Part shown: one piece after another, positions 26,513 through 38,277 of the stretch
Numbering within the stretch: the stretch's first letter is position 1
How the letters are laid out: every line of letters starts with the position of its first letter
Source: Harriotta raleighana
Taxonomy: Eukaryota
Assembly (NCBI GenBank): GCA_050575255.1
Contig: JBNZDD010013625.1
Coordinates: forward strand, 2,909,362-2,973,361
DNA: 64,000 bases
Direction of reading: 5' to 3'
The notes under the pieces: model-generated
Seen by the model: the letters and a program-made list of their open reading frames with translations, nothing else
What the model was told of the DNA's origin: nothing
Databases searched by the model: none
Position numbers and translations under genes: made by a program

Positions 26513-27269
26513 TAGTTGATTCTGGTGTGAGGGGCTGAATCCATATCGTTCTTGTATCTCTCAGACTGCATATTCTGCAAATTCAATGCTCCGAGGTGCA
26601 TGTAGGGTGCTCTATGTATACAAGGTCATTTGCAAATCAAACTGAGGATTACTTGAGGCTTATCAATAATGCCACTTTGGAGGTTCTCATTAGAAAGTTC
26701 TGCCTGACCCTGAAGACTTCCTCTTACTTTCAGTGGAAAAAAGTGAAATAGTACTAATGATGGTACATTGGATCATCAATGACTTGTGCCACAATGTTAT
26801 GAGGGGCTCATGCTCAAAATCCCCCACATTATGAGATGCCTCCGTCTATCATGCTACATTGAGCAGGTTCCAGAAAGGGACCAAGAACCTCTGTGGAGCA
26901 TAACTCACACAACAGTGGCATGTAGGAAGAGCAGGTTCCTCATGTGTTGGAACCACAATCCAATGGACATTGAGAATACTGACGATTTGGAGACAGTAGG
27001 ATCTGGAAAAAACTAGAGATACTTTTGCTCGCTATTCTTTCCTTTGCTGTTGGAGAAAATATGTTTGAGGATAGCTGCACTCTTTCCATAGTGGCCAAAA
27101 TGAGTGAGCTCACATTTGTAGCTGTTGGTTGTGCAGACCTGATGCTGAAGTCTAGTGTTTGTTATTTAATGTAAGATTATAGAGGATGAAACACTTGCAT
27201 ACATCCCTGCAATGTAATGAAAAGGTTTTAAGGCTGGTTATAAAACATAAGGCATCATGCAGGACAATA

Positions 27270-27678
27270 CTAATAATTCCTGCATTTGGTTTAGTCAGTT
27301 TCATATTAGGACAATGTCCGAAAGTTCTTCACAGGTTTAATGAAAAATAGAGTAGTGTATTTGTAGGGGAATTCAACAATCCAATTACACATCAATGCCT
27401 CACAAACATCCATGAAGTGAATGAACAACTTTATTTAGGGTACGATTGGCCAGGATAGCAAGAGAAATTCTCTTTACGAGCAGAGCCTTTAACATCTACC
27501 TGAACAAGCAGAGGAGACCTCGGTTTAACATCTCTTCTGAAGGAATAACAACTCTTAGACAATGCAGTTTACCCCCATTGGAGTGTCAGCCAAAGCTATG
27601 GGAGTTCAAGTCCCGATGTGGGGCATGAACCCACAACCTTCTGACTCAGATGCAAGAGTAAAACTAACTGAGCCAGGC
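27270..27678 (-). mobile_element. Old Deu-domain SINE, near full length
   Basis: Minus strand: tRNA-like head (TGGCTCAGTTAG...GTGGGTTCATGCCCC), GATGTTAAACCGAGG Deu motif and L2-type tail. Confidence 0.7.
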
Positions 27679-28099
27679 TGATGCTTTGTGGGGAGATTGG
27701 TCAGGTGAATAGCATGATGTCTGTTTAAACTAGATACGAGGCAAGGTCTCGGGTTTTCTCCATGGTAACTGATTCTGATTGAATGCTGATGACAATTAGC
27801 ACTTCTCTTTTGAAATTCCCTCTACATATTACATCCAATTTCTTCCTTTTGAAGTCACAGAGGAGAACAAAGACTTGAACATGGTAAAAGCATAATAGCT
27901 CTCCTTTATGGGCTATAATCATTATATGTGATAACGTAAAATCTCCAATGACTATAAATCTCCTAAGCGACAATTATTGGTTCAATTTGTGCAAGCAGGA
28001 AGATCCATTGAAGATTACACAGAAAATGGAAAGACCTAAAATATCAGACTGCTTCTAACATCTGACGATCTGAAGCTCAATGTAATTGAACTGTGTAGA

Positions 28100-28586
28100 G
28101 GGCTATTCAAATCCCATCTGGAATACTGTTTTGGGCACCACATCTCAGGAAAGATAGACTAGCCCTGGAGGGTTTGTAGCTCAGCTTCACCAGAATGTTA
28201 CCAGGCCTAAAAGGGTTGAGTTATGAAGAAATGCTGTGTAAACTTGGATTGTATTCCCTTGAGTTTAGAAGGTAGAGGAGGGATTTGATTGAGGTATTTA
28301 AGATGATAAAGGGATTCAATAGAATAGATACAGAGAAGCCATTTCCTCTGGTGGGGGAATCCAAAACAAGGGGACATCGTCTTTAAATCAGAACCAGGCC
28401 ATTTAAGAGAGAAATCAGGAAACATTTTTTCATTACTATTTATTCGGGATATTAAGGGATATGGGGAGAAAGTCAAAAATTGGAATTGAAAGGATTAGTA
28501 GAGGTACAGATCAGTCATGATCTAATTAAATGGCGGAACAGGCTTGAAGGGCTGAATAGCCTACTCCTGTTCCTATGTTCCTATGT
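28100..28586 (+). mobile_element. CR1 LINE 3' fragment
   Basis: ORF2-end remnants (LGLYSLEFRR, DLIEVFKMIKG) and 3' end GGGCTGAATAGCCTACTCCTGTTCCTATGTTCCTATGT. Confidence 0.85.
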
Positions 28587-29420
28587 AATGCAGTCAACTT
28601 CTCCATATTATTTTCCCTTGTCTGAAAAAGATATTCAAAATCATCCTTCTCGTTGAGTTTGTTCAGAATATCATCATAAAAAGTGCCCCTATGTTTTCTA
28701 GTTAAGAAGTTGAAGTTTCATTTCACTTTTGTGCTCTGACATTTCACTGGAGTTAGTCAGGCGTGTGATATAACCTGCCACCCTACCCCATCTCTAAAAT
28801 ACAGTCAGTTAAAATCAATGAGAACACAAACCTGCAATGGAATAAGGAAAGACCATTTATCTTATTAAGCCAGTTCAATCCACAAAGTCTTCCCTACTCT
28901 CCCATTCCACATCTCAGAGAACCTTACTCTCTGATTCCAGAAATAAATATAACTAAAATATTCATATGTCCTTCACAGACAATAGCTTCACTTTGTCCAT
29001 CAATTATGGTTTGTCGGGAATACGTTCAATGTATAAATAAATCTGCAGTGAAACATTTTCTTAGAGAGTAATAAGAGGCCAAGACCCTGAAGCTTTTTAA
29101 CAATTATAATCCTTGCATTTGATATAGTGCCTTATTGTGACTTTGAGATGTCTCAAAGTGCTTCACAGAATGCACTGTAAAGTGAACTGACTGTATATTT
29201 TGTGGGCAAAACACAGCGACCAATTGCACACAGAAGTGTTCTACAAAAAGTCGTGGATTGAGTGTCCCAATGTTTTTGTGAAATACTGTATATAAGAAGT
29301 ATATATATGAAATATATAAGAGGTAGTGTAATGTTTAATGAAGTGAATGTTCTGAAAGTATGAGATCAAATGAGCCAGAGGATCTTTATCATTCAAACCT
29401 CTCTTGTGATCTGTTAATAT

Positions 29421-29734
29421 TAATAATAATCACTGCATTTGATATAACACTTTTCACATCTTCTGCACTTCTCAAAGCGCTTCACAGAATATACTTTAAA
29501 GTGAATTGACTGTATATTTGTGACAAAATGCAGCAGCCATTTGCGCACAGGAGTCTCCCACAAACAGTCATTAATTGAAATGACCACTTTTATTATAGTG
29601 TTTTTTTGGAAGGATTATTATCAGGTGTGTGGATTAAGGAAATTTACCCAAGGTTTCGCCCTGACCTGCCTAGATTCGAACGCAGGTCTCGCGTTTGTAT
29701 GGCGAGTGCTCTAACCACTGAGCTACAGGATTCC
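29421..29734 (-). mobile_element. tRNA-derived SINE, full-length short form
   Basis: Complete head, core and tail. Confidence 0.88.
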
Positions 29735-30864
29735 TCCTGTGTAATAATCTCTGGGTGAATTCAATTTTTGTTAATTTCAAATCCCTGCNTGCAGGTCTCG
29801 CGTTTGTATGGCGAGTGCTCTAATCACTGAGCTACAGTGTAATAATCTCTGGGTGAATTCAATTTTTGTTAATTTCAAATCCCTGCCCAAAAGCCAAATT
29901 GACCACTTATATTTATGTCTTCCAATTTCCTCATCATTTTAAAGAATTGGCTCCTAAAAATTTTGGGGCAAATGAAAATGATTTAAATTTATCTACAAAT
30001 CTCACTTCATAGTTTAGGATCCAGAGTTCCTGAATCATTCCTTGGCCTTGAAAATATAGAGTAAATATAGAGTGAAGCTCTGGAACTGTCTGCTACACTC
30101 TCTCTGTGTTGACCCTTCATTTCCCTCCATCAAATCAAACCTTGCAACATCATTGAAAATGTACTAATCAACTAAATATACAGCAAAACTACGTTTACAG
30201 ATAAACACTAGTGTTGTGTTCCATGCCAGTCATCCTTTGATTCTAATACTTTCTTTTTAGATGGTTGCGATGTTTTCTGACAGACCCAGTACTATCTGGG
30301 CATCCTTAGTAATAATAATAATCCTTGNCCATGCCAGTCATCCTTTGATTCTAATACTTTTTAGATGGTTGCGATGTTTTCTGACAGACCCAGTACTATC
30401 TGGGCATCCTTAGTAATAATAATAATCTTGGATTTCACATCTTATCGATGTCTCAAAGCGATTCACACAATATGCTGTAAAATTAATTGATTGTATATTT
30501 GTGGGCGAAACGCGGCAGCCAATTGGCACAGCGTCCCACAAACAGTCGTGGATTGAAATGACCAATTTTTTTTAAGGACAAATAGCCCACTTTCACCCTC
30601 TGAACGCATTGTACTGCATTCTCTCAGGACCATTCTTCATATCATTGCCAAACCCATTAGTCCTTAAAATCCTTTCCCTCCCAACATGCCCCAGTTCTGA
30701 CGGAGGNCGTCCCACAAACAGTCGTGGATTGAAATGACCAATTTTTTTTAAGGACAATTAGCCCACTTTCACCCTCTGAACACATTGTACTGCATTCTCT
30801 CAGGACCATTCTTCACATCATTGTCAAACCCGTTAGTCCTTAAAATCCTTTCCCTCCCAACATG

Positions 30865-31000
30865 CCCCAGTTCTGACGGAGGGTCGTGGACCCGACACGT
30901 TGACTCACTTTTCCTTTCTCCATTGATGCTGCCTGACCTGCTGAGTGTTCCCAGCAACTTCTGTTTTTGTTTCAGAAGTCGCATCTGCGGTATTTGGGGG
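30865..31000 (+). mobile_element. Penelope-like element terminal-repeat remnant with hammerhead-like motif
   Basis: CTGACGGA-GGGTC-GTG-GACCC-GACAC-GTTGAC followed by GATGCTGCCTGACCTGCTGAG...; related copy at 33383-33512. Confidence 0.55.
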
Positions 31001-31814
31001 TTTTGACCATCTTAGAATAGTTGGGTCTGTTTCTGTGGTGTAAATTCCATGTAAAACACGGCCTCACAATAGTTTGTGTATATATAGGATTCATAGCACA
31101 GAAAAAAATGCAGTGTAAAAATATGAGATACACACTATATAATTTGGGGTCCAAAAATATTCTAAAGGGGGAAATTTNGAATTCCATGTAAAACATGGCC
31201 TCACAATAGTTTGTGTATATATAGGATTTATAGCACAGAAAAATAATGCAGTGTAAAAATATGACATACACACTATATAATTTGGGGTCCAAAAATATTC
31301 TAAAGGGGGAAATTTAGGATTATTGCTTAGAATTGCATCTATTTGTGGAGACCTGTTCTTCAGTGGGTGAAACCTTGGGCAAGTTTCCTTACTTCATACG
31401 CCTAACAATAATCTCTCCAAAAAAATTGGTCATTTCAATCCAAGACTGTTTATGGGACTCTGTTGTGCACAATTGGCTGCCATTTATTGTCTACATATAC
31501 TGTATACAGTCAATTCCACTTTACAATGTATTCTGTGAAGCGCTTTGAGACATCGAGAAGATGTGAAAAGTGCTTTATCAAATGCAAGAATTATTATTAC
31601 TACTACTATTAATATTATTATTATCAGCAGTAGTCGTACTATTTGAAGGGTAAGAGTTGTGAGCTAACTCAGGCAGCCAGTCTCCAAATCAGCTTTGTGT
31701 TTCTGCGCTAGGCTGGCTCACTGGATTCCTCTACTGGCCAATGTGCTGACTGCAGGCATTATCATGGATCTGTATGCTGAGTGAGTTGCTGGTTTCCAGA
31801 CACACAATTTAAAA

Positions 31815-32150
31815 TAATAAGAATAATAATCCTTGCATTTGATATAGCGCCTTATCGCGTCTTTGAGGAGCCTGAAAACGTTTCAGGGAATGTATTGTAA
31901 AGTGAATTGACTGTGTATTTTGTGGGAGAAACCATAAACAGCCATGGATTGAGTGACCAAGGTATTATTATTCAAAATATATTTATTGATTGATTATTAC
32001 TCCTGAAAAAGTGCTTCACCAATTGACTAATGACTGGTTTCTACTTACTGCTAGATAAACAGAGGTGTGTGGAGTAAGCAAACTTGCCCAATGTTTCACC
32101 CTGCCTGGAATCAAACCCAGGTACTCTTGCTTGCGAGGCGAGTGCTCTAA
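31815..32150 (-). mobile_element. tRNA-derived SINE, long form
   Basis: Tail, partially deleted core, extra internal block and B-box region. Confidence 0.8.
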
Positions 32151-32949
32151 CTAGAGTGGTCCAAACTGGCATGTATCAGAATGTCCGAAACGGCAACATC
32201 CTAGAATATTCTGACTAACAACTGCTTATTTTCCTTACGTTGTCCCCCGATGAGGGACAGATGTGTTTTGTGTAATTATCTGCTGCTCTGCATTCTGAGA
32301 GGTATTAACATAATTGGCACGTTTGTCCTAATTAACAGAAGGAAATTGCCACATGTCTTCAAGCAGCTGAGGTGAAAGTGCAACTGTCAGTGAGGGGAAA
32401 AAACAAAAATAAATACTAACCCCCATCAAAAAAAACAAATCTAAATAAGCTGCACTGGGCCATGCCTTTAGGTGTTTATGATTGTCTGATTCTTTTGAAC
32501 GAGCCCAAGATAAATTATTACCCAAATAAACAAAAGATTCAAGTGGTTTGAACAAGCCAGTAATGATTTAACTAGGCAATGCTATTACATGCCAATTATA
32601 GAGCCAGGATCCTCAGGCACGGACAAGAGCATTGTGGGGAAGGTAACTCCATTGGGAGATAATAGAGATAAACCATTGAAGGGAGAGTGACATGAGGCAT
32701 GCATAAATGTCGCACAGTTTGGAATAAGCAGCATCCAACACTGTCAATGGTAAGCACCTTGATCAAGCTGTAAGGAGTGTTGAGCTGTGTTGCTCATCAG
32801 GGAGTTCACAGGGAGTTCCTACCATCCATCTAGTGAGGGCTCAAACTCATCGTTGTCAAATGCCAAAAGACCGACTATTGACTATCGTCCTTGGGGAGGC
32901 TGCGGGCGCTGAGGGTGGGAGAGGTTAGACGGGGCTCATTGAAGCTGAA

Positions 32950-33360
32950 CTGACCTTCCCCCGCCTATCTCTCCCTATCAGCCTGCCCGCACCCTCCGTT
33001 CAGCAGACTCAGGCCTGCTCCGCATCCATCGCCCTAACCGCCCANGCGGGGCTCATTGAAGCTGAACTGACCTCCCCCCGCCTATCTCTCCCTATCAGCC
33101 TGCCTGCACCCTCCGTTCAGCAGACTCAGGCCTGCTCCACATCCATCGCCCTAACCGCCCAACCATCGGTGGCCGGGCTTTCAGCCTCTCTGCCCCCACA
33201 CTCTGGAACTCCATCCCGCAGTCCCTCCGCCTTGCTTCCTCCCTTTCCTCCTTCAAGGCCGGTCNCCGTCCGGGTCCCGACCTGACTGTTCAGCACTTTG
33301 GGACATCCTCCCGATGTGAAAGGCGCTATACAAGTGTGATTTTGTTGTTGTTGTTGTTGG
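32950..33360 (+). mobile_element. L2 LINE 3' fragment split by assembly junctions
   Basis: L2 ORF2 end and tail with (GTT)n; n at 33045 and 33265. Confidence 0.8.
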
Positions 33361-33382
33361 ATCCAAGGTAATGGATTGTCGG

Positions 33383-33512
33383 GGAGACAAAAATGAGTTA
33401 ACGTTTCAGGTCGATGACCTTTTGTCTCCAGCGATGCTGCCTGATCTGCCGTGTGTTCCCTGCGACTTCTGTTTTTATTTCAGATTTCCAGCATCTGCAA
33501 TATTTTGCCTTT
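33383..33512 (+). mobile_element. Penelope-like remnant with inverted hammerhead-like segment
   Basis: Minus strand reads AGGTC-ATC-GACCT-GAAAC-GTTAAC; plus strand continues GATGCTGCCTGATCTG...TTTCAGATTTCCAGCATCTGC. Confidence 0.55.
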
Positions 33513-33615
33513 TATCGGTAGGATTGTTGGCAGGACACCGAGAGATATTCCCTTTTCTTTTCAAATAATGCCAAGGAACCTTTGATGTCCAAATAAACAG
33601 GCAGACAGGACCTTA

Positions 33616-33915
33616 ATAATAATAATAATAATAATAATCCTTGCATTTGATATAGTGCTTTTCACGTCTTCTAGACGTCTCAAAGCGCTTCGCAGAACAT
33701 ACTGTAAAGTGAATTGACTGTGGGCGAAATGTGGCAACCAATTACGCACAGCAGCGTCCCACAAACAGTAATGGATTGAAATGACCAATTTACTACTGTA
33801 TTTTCTGAGGGATTATTTTAGGTGTGTGGAGTAAGAAAACTTGCCCAAGATTTCACCCTGCCCGGAATTGAACCCAATCCTCTCACTTGTGAAGCAAGTG
33901 CAAGTAAACCACTGA
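33616..33915 (-). mobile_element. tRNA-derived SINE
   Basis: (AAT)7 tail, core and head. Confidence 0.85.
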
Positions 33916-34137
33916 GAGACAGGACCTTTATCCTGAGATAACTCAAGCCTGATTTACTCTCCAACTTGGGAAACTTCCTGGTCTGTGTGTCGAAATTTCT
34001 ATTTCTGTTTGTTTCACACGATTGCGTCGCACCTGGGTATGTGAATCGCTCACTTCTGCGGCTGCAAGTTAGCCAGTCTTTGCAAACAATCACAGTGTTG
34101 TGTCTTCTTGTTTTGTTTGAAAAAAAAACGAACGAAG

Positions 34138-34318
34138 GTGGAGTGGTTAAAGAATGAAGATGTGATCAACCCGATGGAGGATCGGAACTTCTACATCACC
34201 ATAGACCACAACCTGATCATCAAGCAGGCTCGTCTCTCCGACACAGCCAATTACACATGTATTGCCAAAAACATAGTGGCGAAGAGGAAAAGTACTACTG
34301 CCACAGTCATCGTGTACG
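34138..34318 (+). CDS. UNC5C: UNC5C exon 5 (Ig2 second part)
   Basis: aacgaag|GTGGAG...TACG|gtaag; 181 nt; [60 protein letters not shown]. Confidence 0.96.
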
Positions 34319-36821
34319 GTAAGATGATACTAACTGCACATCGGTGGGTAAAATAGCACTTTTAATGCCTGATTATAATATTGCTTGCATTTGAAATAGC
34401 ATCTTATCCCTCACTGGACATCTCAAAAGAATAAACTGTAAAGTGAATTGACTCCATATTCACTGCAAAATAATTGCTCCCCACTAATATTAACAATAGT
34501 AATCGTGAGCGAATTTGATATAGCATTTTTCACGTCTTCTAGACGTCTCAAAGCGCTTCACAGTATATTCTGTAAAGCGAATTGACTATATGTGGGCGAA
34601 ACGCAGCAGCCAATTGCGCACAGCAGTGTGACCAAATTATTATTTTTAAAATTTTATCTTTGAAGGGATTACTACCCCCAGAAAAGTGATCCACAAATTA
34701 ACTATCCCGGGTTCCTACTTACAGAGGACTGGAACTCCATCATATAGTCCCTTCGCCTCGCTTCCTCCCTTGCCTCCTTCAAGGCCAATCTCAAAAACTT
34801 CCTCCGATCGTGGCTTCTGCTGCACTCCCAACTCCCTCCCTCCCCTCATCCCCTAACCTGCCCCTTTGCTCGGGTCCCAACCTGACTGTTCAGCACTTTG
34901 GGACATCTTCCCGATATGAAAGGGACTCTATAAATGTAATTTTGTGTTGTTGTTGATGACTGCAGAGTGAGGAAACATGCCTAGCGTTTTGCCCCGCCCG
35001 GTAATCTAACCCAAGTAATCTCACTTGTGAGGAGAATGCTCTACCCAATGCACAACAGGACAACAACAACAACAAAAGACTCAATTTTTACTCTGAAATT
35101 AATGGGCAAGAGAGAGCCAATGCCAATAAAATAATCTCTAGCTCCAAACGAAAATAAAACCTCTCAAACAGTTTATGAAATCCGCTGAACTACTCAATGC
35201 AGTAGTTTTTTTTTCTTGTACCGTAATTAATGTTTTTCCATCAACTGTTTCTCACTAACCTGCTGTGTGATTGGCAATTTCCTTCTCATTTCTCCAGGTG
35301 AAATCACTCCTCCTTACCATCTACTCTCTGTGTGATTGACTGAACTCTCTATTGCTCTTCATGCAGCCATTCTCTGGGAATCTTACTGCTATCCAGGGAG
35401 ATTATGCAGGCAGATTGTGGCCACAAACCCAAGCAGAGATTAATAACTATTTGGCCGAGAAATCAATTTACTTGTATGTGAAATAAAGTTGCGTAGCGTG
35501 ATATAATATCTATTTAACTTCCAGGCCCAATGGATCCTCAAGGGTTTCACCTCTTTCTAGGTTTCGCCCACAAAATACAGTCAATTCACTTCACAGTATA
35601 TTCTGTGAAGCGCTTTGAGATGTCTCAAAGACATGATAAAATGCTAGAGCAAATGCAAGGATTATTATTATTATAAATATATTTTTTAAGCTTACATTTA
35701 AACAGACAAAAGGCTGTTAAAAGCCTCAAAGCCTCATCTCTCCATGACTTTAAATCTACCTTCACATCATTTAATCATATTTAACCCCAATTGTTTCCTT
35801 ATGTTACTTGTTTGGTACATTACCCCAAACACTTTTCGCTATTTGATTAAAAATATCCCTTCTGATATTCTTTCCTCTCCAGATAATCAAATATGAGTCA
35901 TTATGCTTGACAGCTATTCTCTGTGAAGCACTTTGCAATGTTTCAACATTTTTAGTGCTACAGTATATCAAATGCACAAATTATCATTAATCACTTCAAT
36001 ATAGAAATGTACAGTACAGACTCACTGTGTCCAGTGTCTTCATTATTCTCCAGCTAATCATTCCTTTGTCTTCATTACTCTCAAGGCAATCACTCCCATG
36101 TCATTTTCCAGTGCCTTGGGATGTTCTTCCGATGTGAAAGGTTCTATATAAATGTAATTTGTTGTTTGTTTTTTCTCTCCGGGTAATTACTGCCAGCTTT
36201 CATTGCTCAATGCAATACAAATCTATATTTAAACTGTGTTATTCCACATTAGGAAGTCATTGGAAGGTACTGTGCTTAATAATCTTGGTTTGGCACCCAA
36301 GCTGGGGGTGGGAGCCAAGGGGCCTTGGTCAGGAGAAAGCTGGTCAAAAGTGCAGTTAGTCAGATAGTTCTTGAGATAAATCTAGAACAAGGTGAGGATG
36401 GTAGGTAACGAGACCAGGGTCTCTGAGATAGAGTTCCAGAGAGTGATAATTCTACCATTACTATTTATACGATCACTCACAACCATTTCGCTCCCGGGAA
36501 GGTAACTTCCCACAAAACGTATTGAGGATTACTAGAGGGCAATCTGGATTCTCAACCTGTTGAAAGTGATAAATTGACACCCGATCTTCCTGCATCTCAT
36601 CTCTGACTGTTTATTTCACTCATCTTTGTTTTGATTAAAAACTGACATTAATTGAATGTGTAAGGATGCTTTCAAATTTAGACACTATCTAAAGTCGCTG
36701 GCTGTTACAATTCTGTTGACTTGGACTATTCATTTTCTAAGATAGCTGTTGTGTGATTCAATGTGGCGTTGTCCCAGCATTTTGGTAAAATGATCACTCA
36801 TCCCAAGTGACCTTACTAAAT

Positions 36822-37124
36822 ATAATAATAATAATCCTTGCATTTGATGTAGTGCTTTTCACATCATCTAGATGTCTCAAAGCCCTTCACCGAATATTCT
36901 ATAAAGTGAGTTGAAGCTATATTTGTGGGCAAAATGCAGCAGCCAATTTCACACAGCTATGTGTACCACAAACAATCGTGATCAAATTATTATTTTTTTT
37001 TCTTGAGGGATTATTATCAGGCATGTGGAGTAAGGCAACTTGCCCAGGGTTTTGCCTTGCCGGGAATCGAACCCAGGCTTCTCACATGCGAGCCGAGTGC
37101 TCTAACCACTGAGCTACAGGACTC
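36822..37124 (-). mobile_element. tRNA-derived SINE, full length
   Basis: GAGTGCTCTAACCACTGAGCTACAGGACTC head end, core and tail. Confidence 0.85.
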
Positions 37125-37623
37125 TGCCACCTTAATGTTTGATCTGTATGTCAATGACGACCTGTTAAAATGTACAGCAAAGAAGAAGAGTCCGCTTACA
37201 ACTCTACCAGGGTTGTCCACTTTTGTGGCTGCACATTTCAGACAATGAAGAAACACACTGGTTTGTACATTAGCCAGGTTGAGCGTGAGATAATATCCGC
37301 TGTCTTCATTTACAATGAATCTTAATCGTGTCAAAATGATCAACTTTCTTTCAAACGATTAAACAACTTGTGGTATGGAATTTGCCATTTGCTATCACAA
37401 GTGGATGTCCAATAGAGGTCAAAGGTTTCAAGAGTCGTTCGGATGAGCTCTGGGACGCTACCCTACATGAGTGGCTTTATATAAATGCAAGTTATTTGTG
37501 TTGCTGTTGGGTGATGTGGACATTATTGCAAGTTAACATTGAAAGAAATTGCGAACCCGAATTGAGCTTGGCATTTGGTTCCAAATCATTTCCTCAATTA
37601 ATTCTGCATTTGTTATCTTCACT

Positions 37624-37813
37624 TCTCTCTCTCTCTTCCTCTCTGTCTCCCTCTCACTCCGCCTTTCCCTCTCCATCTAACTCTCCCTCCCCACTCTGTC
37701 TCCCTCTCTCTGTCTCTCTCTCTCTCTCTCTGTCTCCCTCCCTTGTCTCCCTCTCCTTCTCTGTCTAACCCTCCCTCTCCTTCTCCCTCTCCCATCCCCT
37801 CTCCATCTCCCCT
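37624..37813 (+). repeat. CT-rich polypyrimidine low-complexity tract before exon 6
   Basis: About 190 nt almost entirely C/T, including (CT)n. Confidence 0.9.
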
Positions 37814-37816
37814 CAG

Positions 37817-37984
37817 TTAATGGCGGGTGGTCAACATGGACTGAGTGGTCAGTCTGCAACAATCGCTGTGGACGAGGTTACCAGAAACGGACGCGGACCT
37901 GTACCAACCCTGCACCGCTCAACGGAGGGGCTTTCTGCGATGGCCAAAGTGTCCAGAGAATTGCCTGCACCACCATGTGTCCTG
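37817..37984 (+). CDS. UNC5C: UNC5C exon 6 (thrombospondin type-1 repeat 1)
   Basis: ccctcag|TTAAT...CCTG|gtaaat; 168 nt, phase 1-1; [56 protein letters not shown] with a WxxWxxW motif. Confidence 0.97.
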
Positions 37985-38047
37985 GTAAATAAGAACCTCG
38001 CCAGTTGAACCAGATTTAACTTGAATTATTGCTAAAAAAAAAAACTT

Positions 38048-38277
38048 TAACATAAGAACATAAGGAACAGGAGTAGGCCATTCGGCCCCTCGAGCCTGCA
38101 TCGCCATTCAGTAAAATCATGGCTGATCTTCTGATCTAATTCCACCTGTCCACCTTATCCCCATGTCCCTTAATCACATCATCCATAAGCAATCTATTAA
38201 TTTCAGTCTTGAATATGTTTAAGGACTGAGCATCTACAGCCTATTGGGGTAGAGAATTCTATAAATTCACCACCCTC
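38048..38277 (-). mobile_element. CR1 LINE 3' end
   Basis: ACATAAGAACATAAGGAACAGGAGTAGGCCATTCGGCCCCTCGAGCCTG is the reverse complement of the CR1 tail type at ~28540-28586. Confidence 0.8.
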
